NCBI GenBank assembly: GCA_964406585.1
Contig: CAYOSK010000001.1
Location: forward strand, 5,191 to 69,190
Length of the DNA: 64,000 nt
Source of the DNA: an uncultured Octadecabacter sp.
Lineage (GTDB): Bacteria; Pseudomonadota; Alphaproteobacteria; Rhodobacterales; Rhodobacteraceae
Direction: 5' to 3'
In this document: positions 51,310-62,550 of the stretch, piece after piece
How the letters are laid out: every line of letters starts with the position of its first letter
How positions within the stretch are numbered: position 1 is the first letter of the stretch
The notes under the pieces: generated by a model
Told to the model about the DNA's origin: nothing
The model's database searches: none
The model's input: only the letters and a program-made list of their open reading frames with translations
Made by a program: the position numbers and the translations under genes

Positions 51310-51711
51310 TCAAAATTCCTCCCAGATACAGATGCCGTTTTCGGGGCGAAAAATCTCAAAAAACTGCAAAACGTCGGGATTGACTTCGCCGAACGGGATA
51401 TCCACAGCCGACATGGACAACACAATTTGGCGCGGCTTAAGCGCGTTAGCATCCAGTACAGGCATCACCTGACTGTCGCAGACAACCTGAAAATCATCGA
51501 CCACATCCGCGTAGTCAAAAGACACCCCAATCTCGGGCGTCAGAAAACGAAAACGCACGATATCGCCCTCGTTTTCAGAGATGAATTCGAGGAAAGAAAT
51601 CGGCTGCCCAGACGGCACCGTGATCGTTTGCGCAATTGTGGGCGCACACGCCAAACCAGCTAAGGTTGCAAAACCACATATGAGGATACGAAATTTCAAC
51701 TTATCGCCCAA
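51310..51711 (-). CDS. DUF6497-like exported protein
   Basis: Signal peptide, VPSGQ, RFRFL, QFFE and CIWEEF motifs. Directly after pccB. Confidence 0.7.
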   Translation of the reverse strand: MGDKLKFRILICGFATLAGLACAPTIAQTITVPSGQPISFLEFISENEGDIVRFRFLTPEIGVSFDYADVVDDFQVVCDSQVMPVLDANALKPRQIVLSMSAVDIPFGEVNPDVLQFFEIFRPENGICIWEEF

Positions 51712-53244
51712 TCAAAGTGGAATATTGTCATGCTTCTTCCACGGCATTTGGGCCTGCTTGCCGCGCAGTCCTGCAAAAGCGCGGCACAACCGTTTGCGCG
51801 TGCTGGACGGCATAATCACCTCATCCACAAAACCGCGTTCAGCAGCGACAAACGGGTTCGCGAACCGATCTTCGTAGTCTTTTGTATGCGCTGCGGTCTT
51901 TTCTGGATCACCGAGATCCGCGCGATGAATAATTTCGGTAGCACCTTTTGCCCCCATCACTGCGATTTCGGCGGTCGGCCACGCATAGTTGATGTCGCCA
52001 CGCATGTGCTTAGACGACATAACCACATAGGCTCCACCGTAGGCTTTGCGCGTGATCACTGTCACCTTCGGCACCGTTGCCTCGCCATACGCAAACAGCA
52101 GCTTCGCACCATGTTTAATGACGCCGTTATATTCCTGCGTCACGCCGGGCAAGAAACCGGGAACGTCCACGAGGCTGAGGATCGGGATTTCAAAGGCATC
52201 ACAGAACCGAACAAACCGCGCCGCTTTGCGCGCACTGTCGATATCCAGAACACCCGCCAAAACCATTGGCTGATTGGCCACCACGCCCACAGTCTGACCT
52301 TCGAGGCGGATAAACCCCGTCAGAATATTACCTGCGAAGTCCGCCTGAATTTCGTAAAAATCGCCTTCGTCAGCAATTTTGGTGATCAGCTCCTTCATGT
52401 CATAAGGCTGATTGGGGTTGTCAGGAACCAGCGTATCCAGACTCGATTCAACGCGATCCACGTCATCAAAGAACGGCCGCACAGGTGGCTTGGAGCGATT
52501 GTTAAGCGGCAAGAAATCGACCAAACGCCGTGCTTCGGCGATTGCTTCTACATCGTTTTCGAACGCTGCGTCCGCAACTGAGGATTTGCGCGTATGCGTT
52601 GTGGCGCCCCCTAATTCCTCGGCGGTGACAACTTCGTTCGTGACTGTCTTTACGACGTCTGGGCCCGTCACGAACATGTAAGAAGAATCCTTCACCATGA
52701 AAATAAAGTCGGTCATCGCAGGCGAATAAACAGCCCCGCCCGCACAAGGCCCCATGATAAGGCTAATCTGCGGCACAACACCCGACGCCATAATGTTACG
52801 TTGGAAAATCTCTCCATAGCCGCCAAGGCTGTCGACACCTTCCTGGATCCGCGCGCCCCCGGAATCGTTGATGCCGATCACAGGCGCGCCGTTTTGCATA
52901 GCCATGTCCATAATTTTGCAGATTTTTGCGGCATGCGTGGCAGACACAGACCCACCCAAAACCGTGAAATCCTGTGAAAACACATAGACTTGGCGCCCGT
53001 TAATTGTGCCCCACCCTGTCACCACACCATCGCCCGCAGGGCGTGTCTTTTCCATGCCAAAATCAGTAGATCGGTGCGCAACAAAGGTGTCGTATTCTTC
53101 GAACGAACCTTCATCTAACAGCAATTCCACCCGTTCACGGGCCGTTAATTTGCCTTTGGCATGCTGCGAGTCGATCCGCTTTTGGCCGCCGCCCAATCGG
53201 GCTGCTTCACGGCGGTTTTCAAGCTCTGTAAGAATATCAGTCAT
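51712..53244 (-). CDS. pccB: Propionyl-CoA carboxylase beta subunit
   Basis: [26 protein letters not shown] and KKHDNIPL motifs. Confidence 0.95.
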   Translation of the reverse strand: MTDILTELENRREAARLGGGQKRIDSQHAKGKLTARERVELLLDEGSFEEYDTFVAHRSTDFGMEKTRPAGDGVVTGWGTINGRQVYVFSQDFTVLGGSVSATHAAKICKIMDMAMQNGAPVIGINDSGGARIQEGVDSLGGYGEIFQRNIMASGVVPQISLIMGPCAGGAVYSPAMTDFIFMVKDSSYMFVTGPDVVKTVTNEVVTAEELGGATTHTRKSSVADAAFENDVEAIAEARRLVDFLPLNNRSKPPVRPFFDDVDRVESSLDTLVPDNPNQPYDMKELITKIADEGDFYEIQADFAGNILTGFIRLEGQTVGVVANQPMVLAGVLDIDSARKAARFVRFCDAFEIPILSLVDVPGFLPGVTQEYNGVIKHGAKLLFAYGEATVPKVTVITRKAYGGAYVVMSSKHMRGDINYAWPTAEIAVMGAKGATEIIHRADLGDPEKTAAHTKDYEDRFANPFVAAERGFVDEVIMPSSTRKRLCRAFAGLRGKQAQMPWKKHDNIPL

Positions 53245-53313
53245 AACAGGTCCTTAGATATGTCACGGGAAACTAACGCGCATAGGCATCTATTCCCACC
53301 AAGTTTTCGTTAA

Positions 53314-53361
53314 TTTGCAAACCAGATCGTTAGCAAATTTATACTTTTGCAAAATTGCGAA
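53314..53361. promoter_or_regulatory. PccR-type TTTGCAAA operator array upstream of pccB
   Basis: TTTGCAAA (53314), TTAGCAAA (53330), TTTGCAAA (53346) and TTGCGAA (53355). Confidence 0.75.
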
Positions 53362-53424
53362 TTTCGCACCCTCAAGGTTGTGTTTTCGATGGACGATGGT
53401 GTCGCGTCAACGTAGCGTCGCCTT

Positions 53425-54648
53425 ATGTCATCCGCACCCCATATTCGGTTCCTGGATCGATCAACCCCGCCCCATATCGCTACCCTGATTTTGATGGCAG
53501 GCGTCGGTGCGTTGTCATTGAACGTCTTCTTACCTTCGCTGCCGTCAATGGCGCAACATTTTGGCGTGGATTACGGGCTCATGCAGTTGTCGGTATCTGC
53601 CTATTTGGCCGCGACGGCCTTCGTGCAAATCGCAGTTGGACCAATATCAGATCGCTATGGACGCCGCCCGGTGGTCTTGGCCACAGTCGCAATTTTCACT
53701 CTGGCAAGCCTTGGCGCGATTTTCGCCCCGAATTTCACCGTCTTTTTGATCTGCCGCTTGCTGCAAACCGCGATCGCAACCGGATTTGCTATTTCGCGCG
53801 CTATTGTTCGCGACATGGTACCCCAAGATCAGGCTGCATCGATGATCGGCTATGTGACAATGGGTATGTCGATTGTTCCAATGATTGGTCCAGCTGTCGG
53901 CGGGGTGCTGGACGAAGCCTTTGGATGGCAGGCATCGTTTTGGATGCTTGCAGGCGGCGGTGTGATGCTGGGATACTTTGTTTACATGGATCAAGGCGAA
54001 ACCTTTACGCGGCGTGAAGGTGGCTTTGCTGCGCAATTGCGCGAATACCCAGCTCTGCTGACGTCACAGCGGTATTGGGGGTATTGTCTTGCCGCTGCGT
54101 TCGCATCCGGTGCCTTTTTCGCGTATCTTGGCGGGTCTCCGTTTGTTGGCACGGTGGTTTTTGGGATGGATCCGGCGCAGCTGGGGCTTTATTTTGGCGC
54201 GCCGGCCCTTGGGTATTTGGTCGGCAACGGCGTGTCGGGGCGGTTTTCGGTCAAAATAGGCGAGAACCGGATGGTCCTAATCGGCGCATCCGTCACCGTG
54301 ATTGGAATGTTGATATTGCTATTGTGCGACGTCATCGGGCTTCAACATCCGGTCGTCTTTTTTGGCTTCATGATTTTCATCGGGCTGGGCAACGGAATTT
54401 TGCTGCCGAACGCAAACGCGGGGATGTTATCGGTGCGCCCTGCCCTTGCTGGATCGGCGGCTGGCCTTGGCGGGGCGTTTATGATTGGGGGCGGCGCGGC
54501 CTTGTCCATGATCGCCGGATTTATATTGGGCCCTGAAACAGGCGCCCGCCCCTTGATTGTCTTAATGCTGCTGACGACGATTGCGTCGCTGTTCTGCGCC
54601 TTTTGGGTCATGCGGCGCGCTAAGGTGGTCGGCGCACTGGACGAATAA
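53425..54648 (+). CDS. Bcr/CflA family MFS efflux transporter
   Basis: FLPSLP, GPISDRYGRRPV and RAIVRD motifs, 12 TMs. Confidence 0.9.
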   Translation: MSSAPHIRFLDRSTPPHIATLILMAGVGALSLNVFLPSLPSMAQHFGVDYGLMQLSVSAYLAATAFVQIAVGPISDRYGRRPVVLATVAIFTLASLGAIFAPNFTVFLICRLLQTAIATGFAISRAIVRDMVPQDQAASMIGYVTMGMSIVPMIGPAVGGVLDEAFGWQASFWMLAGGGVMLGYFVYMDQGETFTRREGGFAAQLREYPALLTSQRYWGYCLAAAFASGAFFAYLGGSPFVGTVVFGMDPAQLGLYFGAPALGYLVGNGVSGRFSVKIGENRMVLIGASVTVIGMLILLLCDVIGLQHPVVFFGFMIFIGLGNGILLPNANAGMLSVRPALAGSAAGLGGAFMIGGGAALSMIAGFILGPETGARPLIVLMLLTTIASLFCAFWVMRRAKVVGALDE

Positions 54649-54649
54649 C

Positions 54650-54678
54650 TTTGCAAACTCTATTCACAGATTTGCAAA
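54650..54678. promoter_or_regulatory. TTTGCAAA pair upstream of pccR (autoregulation)
   Basis: TTTGCAAA at 54650 and 54671. Confidence 0.7.
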
Positions 54679-54688
54679 GGAGGGCGCG

Positions 54689-56083
54689 ATGGCCCCACAT
54701 AAACTATATGCTGGCGCAAAGTTGCGCGAACTGCGCGGTCGGATCGGCTGCACGCAAAAAGCGTTTGCACAAAAGCTTGGGGTTTCGTTGCCCTACCTTA
54801 ATCAGATGGAAAACAACAACCGGCCAGTATCCACAACGGTCGTGCTGTCCTTGGCGCAAGAATTCGGCTTTGATGTCACTGAACTGCAATCGGGCGACGA
54901 AGCCCGCTTGGTGGGCGACATGCGCGAAGCCCTCGCCGATCCGGTCTTCAGTGGCCCCACACCGCCGCTAAGCGATCTGCGCCTTGCCGCGTCCAACGCC
55001 CCAGCCTTGGCCCGCTCTTTTTTGGAACTCCACACCGCGTATCGCCAAACCCATGAAAGGCTGGCGTCACTAGACGAAGCCTTGGGCCGTGAAGACAGCC
55101 AATTGTCGGCATCACCTTGGGAAGAGGTGCGGGATTTCTTTCACTATTGCGATAACTACATTGATGCAGTGGATCGCGCGGCAGAACGGTTTGCCCAACA
55201 AGCACGGGGTGACATAGCAGCCGCCGCACACGCAGCACTGGGCGAAAGCGATGTGCGCGTCTCTTATGCGAACGAAGACGCGATCCGCCGATACGATCCG
55301 CAAACCCGTACCCTCACCCTCACGGCGCGGGCAGCACCCGCGACCCAATTGTTCCAATTATTGCTGCAAGTGGCGCTGATAAAACAAGAAAAGCTGTTGG
55401 ATGCGACTTTGGATTTGGGTCGATTTGGATCCGATCAGGCGCGCAGCATCGCAAAGGTTGGATTGGCGAACTATTTCGCAGGGGCCGCCCTCATGCCCTA
55501 CGGCGCGTTTTTGGCAGCGGCACAGGAAACCCGGCATGATCTTGAACGGTTAGCCGACCAATTTGGGGCGTCGCTGGAACAGGTGGCCCACCGCCTGTCC
55601 ACCCTTCAACGCCCCGGTGCCAAAGGCATTCCCTTCTTTTTCGTGCGGGTTGATCCCGCTGGCACCATCACAAAACGCCATTCGGCCACAACGCTGCAAT
55701 TTGCCCGTTTCGGGGGTGCCTGCCCGCTTTGGAACGTCCACGGCGCCTTTGAAACACCGGGGCGATGGCTACGTCAATTGGCAGAAACACCCGACGGCGT
55801 GCGTTACTTCTGCCTTGCACGAGACGTAAGCAAACCTGGCGGCGCATGGGGCGTGCCAACACGGCGCTACGCCATCGGTTTGGGCTGCGAGGTCAAACAC
55901 GCCAGCGCGGTCGTTTACGCGGATCACATGACCACGCAAGACGCCGCCGCATTTGAACCAATCGGGATTTCATGTCGCATCTGCGAACGGCGTTCCTGCC
56001 CCCACCGTTCGGTGCCGCCACTGGAACGACAACTTCGCGTGGACCCGAATGAACGCGGTATGCTACCCTATCAGCTCGATTAA
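54689..56083 (+). CDS. pccR: ScfR-family short-chain acyl-CoA regulator PccR
   Basis: XRE HTH (SLPYLNQMENN), HRLSTLQRPG, GGACPLW and CRICER..C motifs. Located beside pccB with TTTGCAAA sites. Confidence 0.88.
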   Translation: MAPHKLYAGAKLRELRGRIGCTQKAFAQKLGVSLPYLNQMENNNRPVSTTVVLSLAQEFGFDVTELQSGDEARLVGDMREALADPVFSGPTPPLSDLRLAASNAPALARSFLELHTAYRQTHERLASLDEALGREDSQLSASPWEEVRDFFHYCDNYIDAVDRAAERFAQQARGDIAAAAHAALGESDVRVSYANEDAIRRYDPQTRTLTLTARAAPATQLFQLLLQVALIKQEKLLDATLDLGRFGSDQARSIAKVGLANYFAGAALMPYGAFLAAAQETRHDLERLADQFGASLEQVAHRLSTLQRPGAKGIPFFFVRVDPAGTITKRHSATTLQFARFGGACPLWNVHGAFETPGRWLRQLAETPDGVRYFCLARDVSKPGGAWGVPTRRYAIGLGCEVKHASAVVYADHMTTQDAAAFEPIGISCRICERRSCPHRSVPPLERQLRVDPNERGMLPYQLD

Positions 56084-56094
56084 AGGGGAAATTG

Positions 56095-56559
56095 ATGGAA
56101 CTCAGTGGCACACGAACAATTAATGCGGATCGCGAAGCGGTCTGGGCGCATTTGAATTCAGCCGACACGCTGAAAACCTGTATTCCCGGTTGCGAAGAAT
56201 TGACAGGGACGCCCGAAGACGGGTTCGAAGCCGTCGTGAAACAAAAAGTCGGCCCTGTCAAAGCAACTTTCAAAGGCGGCGTAACACTTGAAGACGTCAA
56301 AGCCCCCGACAGCTACCGCATTGTTGGCGAAGGCAAAGGTGGCGTCGCTGGATTTGCCAAAGGCGCCGCAGATGTTGCACTGGTCACAACCGATGATGGG
56401 ACTGAACTGACCTACCATGTTGACGCCAAAGTCGGCGGGAAACTGGCGCAACTGGGCAGTCGCATCGTTGGCGGATTTGCAAAGAAAATGGCAGATCAGT
56501 TCTTTGAGAATTTTCAGGCCGTTGTAGAAGGCCGCATCGAAGATGAACCGGACACCTGA
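56095..56559 (+). CDS. coxG: CoxG / SRPBCC family protein
   Basis: CIPGCE, VGPVKATF and GGKLAQLGSR motifs. Confidence 0.82.
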   Translation: MELSGTRTINADREAVWAHLNSADTLKTCIPGCEELTGTPEDGFEAVVKQKVGPVKATFKGGVTLEDVKAPDSYRIVGEGKGGVAGFAKGAADVALVTTDDGTELTYHVDAKVGGKLAQLGSRIVGGFAKKMADQFFENFQAVVEGRIEDEPDT

Positions 56560-56565
56560 AAAAAT

Positions 56566-57219
56566 TCAGTTGCGCGCGGCGCGCCAGCCTGCTGCTTCGG
56601 CTTCGGCGGTTGAACAAAACCATCGCTCACCTTGGGTTTCGTTGATACGGGTGTTTTCGTAGTCTCGATTATGGGGTTGGTGATATATTTGGCCTGACCC
56701 CGAAATATTGCCCTTGATAATGCAACCTGGGTTGGGCGGCGTCGCCCCCGGCGCAGATGCCCGTTGATCAGCACGATACGCCGCCGGTGCCTGCACCCCA
56801 CCAGACCACAACCCCGCGCCCGTCACTTGCGCCGATTTCTCGGCCAGATCGTAATCCATTGAATACCGCCGATAGGCCAAAGCGAAACCATCCAACACGA
56901 TGTCTTCGCCCACATCCACGTCATCCACGAAACATTTTCCAACGATACGTCCGTAACGGTCCACGTCCATTTCAATGCAGCGCGTTCTGCGCCCGTCATA
57001 GCGGTTTCGGATTTGTGACGTCACAAATGCGCCGCAAGCCCATGATCCGCCGCGCGCGTAGTCACAGGTCTGATCGGCCTCCGGTGCATCAATTCCGTGA
57101 AGACGCACCCGTTGTCCATCTACATCAAATGTATCGCCATCAATGACACGGATTATCCCCGTGACATCAGCGGCGACAGGGGACGCCAAACACAACATAA
57201 GGGATAGAATGCGAAGCAT
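56566..57219 (-). CDS. Exported thermonuclease (SNase) family protein with C-terminal IKGNI..WFC domain
   Basis: Signal peptide, VIDGDT, RLHGIDAPE, DRYGR and CIIKGNIS..ERWFC motifs. Confidence 0.87.
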   Translation of the reverse strand: MLRILSLMLCLASPVAADVTGIIRVIDGDTFDVDGQRVRLHGIDAPEADQTCDYARGGSWACGAFVTSQIRNRYDGRRTRCIEMDVDRYGRIVGKCFVDDVDVGEDIVLDGFALAYRRYSMDYDLAEKSAQVTGAGLWSGGVQAPAAYRADQRASAPGATPPNPGCIIKGNISGSGQIYHQPHNRDYENTRINETQGERWFCSTAEAEAAGWRAARN

Positions 57220-57283
57220 GCCACTACATACGGGCGCAACCGCCGCGCAAGCAAGCGAATTCCTATCAGTTGGTTAATTCGTG

Positions 57284-58927
57284 TTACCGCTGCTCATCCT
57301 GCCAATTCGGGTGCATCCACGCTACGTCATTGGAGGGCGGCAATGGCGTCCGATCCAAGATGTGATCCGCCATTTTCTCGCCTGTCATGATCGACGGGGC
57401 ATTCAGATTCCCGTTGGTAATGCGCGGGAAAATCGAACTGTCAGCCACGCGCAAACCATCCACGCCAATCACCCGCCCGTGCGGATCGACCACCGCATCT
57501 GGATCATCCGCGCGACCCATCTTACAGGTGCCACAGGGGTGATAGGCGCTTTCGGCGTGTTCGCGGATCACCGCATCGAGCGCATCATCCGACTGTGCAT
57601 CAGGCCCCGGAATCAATTCGTCCTTGCGATACGGTGCAAAGGCGTCTTGCGCAAAAATTTCCCGTGTTAGCCGGATGCAGCGCCGGAATTCTTGCCAATC
57701 ATCAGGATGGGACATGTAATTGAACACAATGCGCGGATCATCCGCTGGATCAGCAGATCGCAGCGTGATTTCACCGCGTGATTTCGACCGCATTGGCCCG
57801 ACATGCGCCTGAAAACCTTCACGCGCGCCAACTCCGTCGTACCGCACAGCGAGCGGCAAAAAATGAAACTGAATATCTGGGTAATCGACCCCTGCCTGAC
57901 TGCGAATAAACCCGGCAGCTTCGAACTGATTGGACGCGCCGATGCCCGTCTTGGCCAACAGCCATTGGGCCCCAACCATCGCTTTGCGAAGGATAGGCCA
58001 GTATTTATACAAACTATAGCGGCCCTTGGCGGCCATCTGAACGTAGAGTTCAAGGTGATCTTGAAGATTTTGCCCCACCCCACGCCGATCCGCGACAACA
58101 TCGATGCCGTGATCCTTCAGATGCGCCGCAGGACCAATTCCCGACAACATCAGCAGTTTGGGCGAATTAATGGCCGAAGCGGCAACAATCACCTCGCGCT
58201 TGGCACGTAGTACCCGTCCGTCGTTCAATTCGACACCAACGGCGCACCCGTCTTCGATCACAACTCTATTGGCTGTTGCGCGCACAACTTCGCAATTGCC
58301 TGTCGCTTGCGCCGGCCTCAGATAAGCGGACGCCGCAGACCAACGATTGCCGTTCCAAATTGTCGCATCAAAGGGGCCAAATCCTTCTTGTTTTTCACCG
58401 TTGTAATCGGTGGTTAATTCGTACCCTGCCTGTCCGCCCGCTGTTATAAAGGCCTGCGTCAACGGATTGGTTCCGGGGCCCCGTGTAACGTGCAAAGGCC
58501 CACCCTGGCCGCGCCAATCCGCATCACCGCCACGTCCGCCATCGTGCCAATCTTCCATGCGTTTGTAGTATGGCAAGACGTCTGCAAAGGCCCAGCCGTC
58601 TGCACCCTGTTCTGCCCAATGATCGAAATCGCGCGCGTGGCCGCGAACATAAATCATCCCGTTTATCGACGATGATCCCCCGATAACCTTGCCCCGTGGA
58701 CAGGCGAGTTCACGATTGTTCAATTGGGGTTCGGGTTCGCTGCGATACCCCCAATCATAGCGGCGCATATTCATCGGATAAGACAGCGCACCGGGCATGT
58801 TGATAAATGGCCCGGCGTCAGTACCACCCGTTTCAATCACTGTAACTTTACGCCCTGCCTTAGCCAATCGATAGGCCATGGCACAACCCGCGCTGCCCGC
58901 GCCAATGATGATATAGTCTGGCTGCAT
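57284..58927 (-). CDS. betA: Choline dehydrogenase
   Basis: [19 protein letters not shown] and YHPCGTC GMC motifs in the bet operon. Confidence 0.95.
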   Translation of the reverse strand: MQPDYIIIGAGSAGCAMAYRLAKAGRKVTVIETGGTDAGPFINMPGALSYPMNMRRYDWGYRSEPEPQLNNRELACPRGKVIGGSSSINGMIYVRGHARDFDHWAEQGADGWAFADVLPYYKRMEDWHDGGRGGDADWRGQGGPLHVTRGPGTNPLTQAFITAGGQAGYELTTDYNGEKQEGFGPFDATIWNGNRWSAASAYLRPAQATGNCEVVRATANRVVIEDGCAVGVELNDGRVLRAKREVIVAASAINSPKLLMLSGIGPAAHLKDHGIDVVADRRGVGQNLQDHLELYVQMAAKGRYSLYKYWPILRKAMVGAQWLLAKTGIGASNQFEAAGFIRSQAGVDYPDIQFHFLPLAVRYDGVGAREGFQAHVGPMRSKSRGEITLRSADPADDPRIVFNYMSHPDDWQEFRRCIRLTREIFAQDAFAPYRKDELIPGPDAQSDDALDAVIREHAESAYHPCGTCKMGRADDPDAVVDPHGRVIGVDGLRVADSSIFPRITNGNLNAPSIMTGEKMADHILDRTPLPPSNDVAWMHPNWQDEQR

Positions 58928-60385
58928 TTAGAACGGGGCCTCGACCGCGCCCATCGCGACATAAACGGATTTCATCTGGCTGTAATGTTCGATCGCTGCT
59001 TTCGAATTCTCGCGGCCCACCCCCGAAAGTTTAGACCCACCAAACGGGGCCTCAACAGGTGCAAGGTTGTAGGTATTGATATAACATGTCCCGGCTTCAA
59101 AACCGGCGACCATACGGTGCGCGCGGGTCAAATCCTTGGTGAACACGCCGGCGGCAAGCCCGAACTCGGTTGCATTCGCGCGGATCATAACCTCGTCTTC
59201 GGTCTCAAAATCCAATACGCTTAGGACCGGTCCAAATATTTCATCTTTTGCAATGGTCATGTCATCCGTAACATCAGCAAAAACAGTAGGTTGCAGAAAA
59301 TACCCAATGCTTCCTTCGCGCCCACCACCGGTCACCAATCGTGCCCCTTCTGCTTGTCCTTTTGCGATGAACCCCTGAACAATTTCCATTTGTTTTTGGC
59401 TTACCATTGGCCCGAAATTGACATTTTCATCCAAAGGGTCGCCCATTTTTACGTCCCCAAGCCGTTCGGTGAGGCGCGCAAGGAATTTATCCTTAATCCC
59501 GCTTTGAACGAAGACGCGCGTTCCGTTGGAACAAACCTGACCAGAGCTGTAGAAATTGCCCAAGATCGCCCCTCCGACTGCGTCTTCCAAGTCCGCATCA
59601 TCAAAAATAACGATGGGCGATTTGCCGCCCAATTCCATTGTCACGTGGCGGATACCTTCGGCGGCGGCAGCATAAACCTTACGGCCGGTGGGCACCGATC
59701 CAGTGAGGGAAACTTTGTCTACGCGTGGATCTGTGATGAGCGTATGGCCCACGTCGCCCAACCCTTGAATGACATTGTAAATGCCCGCCGGCGCACCGGC
59801 CTCATGCAGGATTTCAGCGACCTTCAGCGCGCAAAGTGGAGTCGTTTCAGACGGCTTAAAAACCATCGCATTCCCGCACGCTAATGCAGGCGCACCTTTC
59901 CATGCGGCAATCTGTGTCGGGTAATTCCACGCGCCGATCCCAACACAAACACCCAAGGCTTCGCGTCGTGTGTAGACAAAATCATCACCCAATTGAATGT
60001 GTTCACCCGTCAACGCGCCGGCCAATCCACCGAAGTATTCCAACGCATCCGCAGCAGACGTCGCATCCGCGACAAGCGTTTCTTGCAAAGGCTTCCCAGT
60101 GTCATTGGTTTCTAGAACGCTCAGGTCATCGTTGCGTTCGCGGATGATGTCTGCCGCACGCCGCAACACGCGGCCACGTTCCGTTCCCGTCATGGCGGCC
60201 CATGCCGCTTGGGCGCGCTTTGCCGAGGATAGTGCCTGATCAATGATGGCAGGTGTCGCGCCATAAACCAACGCAATCTGCTCTTCCGACACCGGACAAA
60301 TGACAGGAATGGGGGTGCCGGTCGTATCTTCGACATAGGCGCCGTCAATGAAATGGGACGCTGTGGGCTGGATGTCGTAGGCCAT
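58928..60385 (-). CDS. betB: Betaine aldehyde dehydrogenase
   Basis: GAWNYP, ELGGKSP, GQVCSNG and EIFGP motifs. Confidence 0.95.
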   Translation of the reverse strand: MAYDIQPTASHFIDGAYVEDTTGTPIPVICPVSEEQIALVYGATPAIIDQALSSAKRAQAAWAAMTGTERGRVLRRAADIIRERNDDLSVLETNDTGKPLQETLVADATSAADALEYFGGLAGALTGEHIQLGDDFVYTRREALGVCVGIGAWNYPTQIAAWKGAPALACGNAMVFKPSETTPLCALKVAEILHEAGAPAGIYNVIQGLGDVGHTLITDPRVDKVSLTGSVPTGRKVYAAAAEGIRHVTMELGGKSPIVIFDDADLEDAVGGAILGNFYSSGQVCSNGTRVFVQSGIKDKFLARLTERLGDVKMGDPLDENVNFGPMVSQKQMEIVQGFIAKGQAEGARLVTGGGREGSIGYFLQPTVFADVTDDMTIAKDEIFGPVLSVLDFETEDEVMIRANATEFGLAAGVFTKDLTRAHRMVAGFEAGTCYINTYNLAPVEAPFGGSKLSGVGRENSKAAIEHYSQMKSVYVAMGAVEAPF

Positions 60386-60386
60386 G

Positions 60387-61895
60387 TTATTCACCTCTCG
60401 GAAAGCGTTGATTTTCCTCAAGAACATTGAGGTCCATATGGTTTCGCATGTAGCGTTCTGATGCTTTTTGCAGCGGCTGGTAATCCCAAGGGAAATAATC
60501 ACCATTGCGCAGGGCTTCGTACACAACCCAGCGCCGCGCTTGGCTTTCACGGACAGCCGCATCAAAGGCCGCTAGGTCCCATCTTGCTTCGGACTTGGCA
60601 CGTAATTGGGCCAAGGTCCCTTGATGTTGTGGAACACTCGCAAGGTTGCAAAGCTCATGTGGGTCGGTTTCAATATCAAACAATTGATCTGGATCGAGCA
60701 AACAGCGGGTGTACTTCCACTTTCCGTACCGCAAACAAACCAGCGGGCTGTAAGATCCTTCGGCCGCGTATTCCATCGCCACAGGTTCGCTCCGTTCTTC
60801 GCCATTTCCCAACGGCTTTAGTGACATGCCGTCGGTCCATGGCATCACATCGTCCATAGAAACCTGTGCAAGATCGCACAGGGTCGGAGTGACATCGATG
60901 TTGGACACAGGTGTTTCGATCAGCCCCGGCGCCATATCCGGTGACGCGATCATCAACGGCACCCGCGCGGACCCTTCGAAGAAAGACATTTTGAACCACA
61001 GGCCGCGATCCCCCAACATATCGCCGTGGTCGGCCACAAACAGGATGGTCGCATCTTGCCGCGTGTCTTTTAGGGTCTGCAGCACCTCTCCGACTTTATC
61101 GTCAAGGTAAGAAATATTCGCGAAATAGGCACGACGCGCGCGACGCACTTGATCGTCGGTAATATCAAAGTTCTCATGATCATTGGCATCTAGAATACGT
61201 TGGGAATGCGCGTCGTGATCCTCATAGGTCAGCGGGCCGACGTCAGGCAGTAAATGGTCGCACTCTTCATACAGGTCCCAATATTTTTGGCGCGCAACAT
61301 AGGGATCATGGGGATGGGTAAAGCTGACTGTCAGGCACCATGGCCGTGTGTCATGCCCACGTGACAAATCATACAGCTTGCGTGTCGCGTGATAGGCAAC
61401 TTCGTCGTCGTATTCCATCTGGTTCGTAATTTCAGCGACCCCGGCGCCTGTCACCGACCCCATGTTATGATACCACCAATCGATCCGTTCACCGGGTTTT
61501 CGATAATCCGGCGTCCAACCGAAATCGGGGGGGTAAATGTCCGTCGTGAGGCGTTCTTCGAACCCGTGCAACTGATCGGGGCCGACGAAATGCATCTTAC
61601 CGCTCAGGCAGGTTTGATATCCGGCGCGGCGCAAATGATGCGCATAGGTTGGAATAGAAGACGCGAATTCTGATGCGTTGTCATAGACTTGAGTACGAGA
61701 CGGCAATTGCCCTGACATAAATGACGCGCGCCCCGGCGCACAAAGCGGTGAAGCTGTATAAGCGTTCTTAAATCGCGTTGAACGCGCGGCCAACGCTTTA
61801 ATGTTGGGCGCATGAAGCCAGTCGGCCGGGCCATCGGGAAACAGCGTTCCGTTTAGCTGATCCACCATAATGATAAGGATATTGGGTTTGGTCAC
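60387..61895 (-). CDS. betC: Choline sulfatase
   Basis: [15 protein letters not shown] (CxPxR) and [13 protein letters not shown] motifs. Confidence 0.95.
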   Translation of the reverse strand: MTKPNILIIMVDQLNGTLFPDGPADWLHAPNIKALAARSTRFKNAYTASPLCAPGRASFMSGQLPSRTQVYDNASEFASSIPTYAHHLRRAGYQTCLSGKMHFVGPDQLHGFEERLTTDIYPPDFGWTPDYRKPGERIDWWYHNMGSVTGAGVAEITNQMEYDDEVAYHATRKLYDLSRGHDTRPWCLTVSFTHPHDPYVARQKYWDLYEECDHLLPDVGPLTYEDHDAHSQRILDANDHENFDITDDQVRRARRAYFANISYLDDKVGEVLQTLKDTRQDATILFVADHGDMLGDRGLWFKMSFFEGSARVPLMIASPDMAPGLIETPVSNIDVTPTLCDLAQVSMDDVMPWTDGMSLKPLGNGEERSEPVAMEYAAEGSYSPLVCLRYGKWKYTRCLLDPDQLFDIETDPHELCNLASVPQHQGTLAQLRAKSEARWDLAAFDAAVRESQARRWVVYEALRNGDYFPWDYQPLQKASERYMRNHMDLNVLEENQRFPRGE

Positions 61896-62467
61896 GGCTG
61901 GTCCCCCGTTAAGCGATCAAGGGCCTGCAACGCGGTGCGGCGGGCCGTGGCTGCATCGGTTTCTCGGGCCAGTGCCGCACGCAAATACAGCCCGTCGATC
62001 AACGCGCTCAGGGTTTCGGCATCTTGTTGTGGCGTGTCTGACAAAGGCCGCAAAGCATGGGTCAGATTGGACCGCACACGCGCCTGATACATCCGCAAAA
62101 GGCGGTGCATATCGGGCTGAACCGCCGCCTGCGCATATAGGGTCATCCACGCGCTAACGGTTGCCGGATCGAAACAGGATTCGACAAAACTAACCGTGAT
62201 CAAGGCTTCAGCGCGCGCGCGCGGCGTTCTTGCCTTGCGCAGGGCGGCACGAACCTCAGCCCCGAAATCAAGAAGGATCTGATGCATCGCAGCCAAGAAA
62301 ATCTGATCTTTGCCGCCAAAATAGTGATGTGCCAACGCTGAAGACATGCCCGCCTGTTTCGCTATTTGGCTCACGGTGACGTCCAAAGACCCTTGTGCGC
62401 CAATGACGTCTATCGTGGCTTTAACCAAAGCCGCGCGGCGTATAGGTTCCATCCCAAGTTTCGGCAT
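61892..62467 (-). CDS. betI: Transcriptional repressor BetI
   Basis: MPKLGMEPIRR, TetR HTH and LIDGLYLR. Confidence 0.93.
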   Translation of the reverse strand: MPKLGMEPIRRAALVKATIDVIGAQGSLDVTVSQIAKQAGMSSALAHHYFGGKDQIFLAAMHQILLDFGAEVRAALRKARTPRARAEALITVSFVESCFDPATVSAWMTLYAQAAVQPDMHRLLRMYQARVRSNLTHALRPLSDTPQQDAETLSALIDGLYLRAALARETDAATARRTALQALDRLTGDQP

Positions 62468-62507
62468 TATTTCCTCTGATCTGTTGCCAAACGAAGATAA
62501 ATTGTTC

Positions 62508-62528
62508 TTTATTGACTCGTCAATCAAC
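62508..62528. promoter_or_regulatory. BetI operator
   Basis: Palindrome ATTGAC-TC-GTCAAT between the divergent betI and choX. Confidence 0.75.
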
Positions 62529-62550
62529 AAAACCAACACGGGAGACTACC

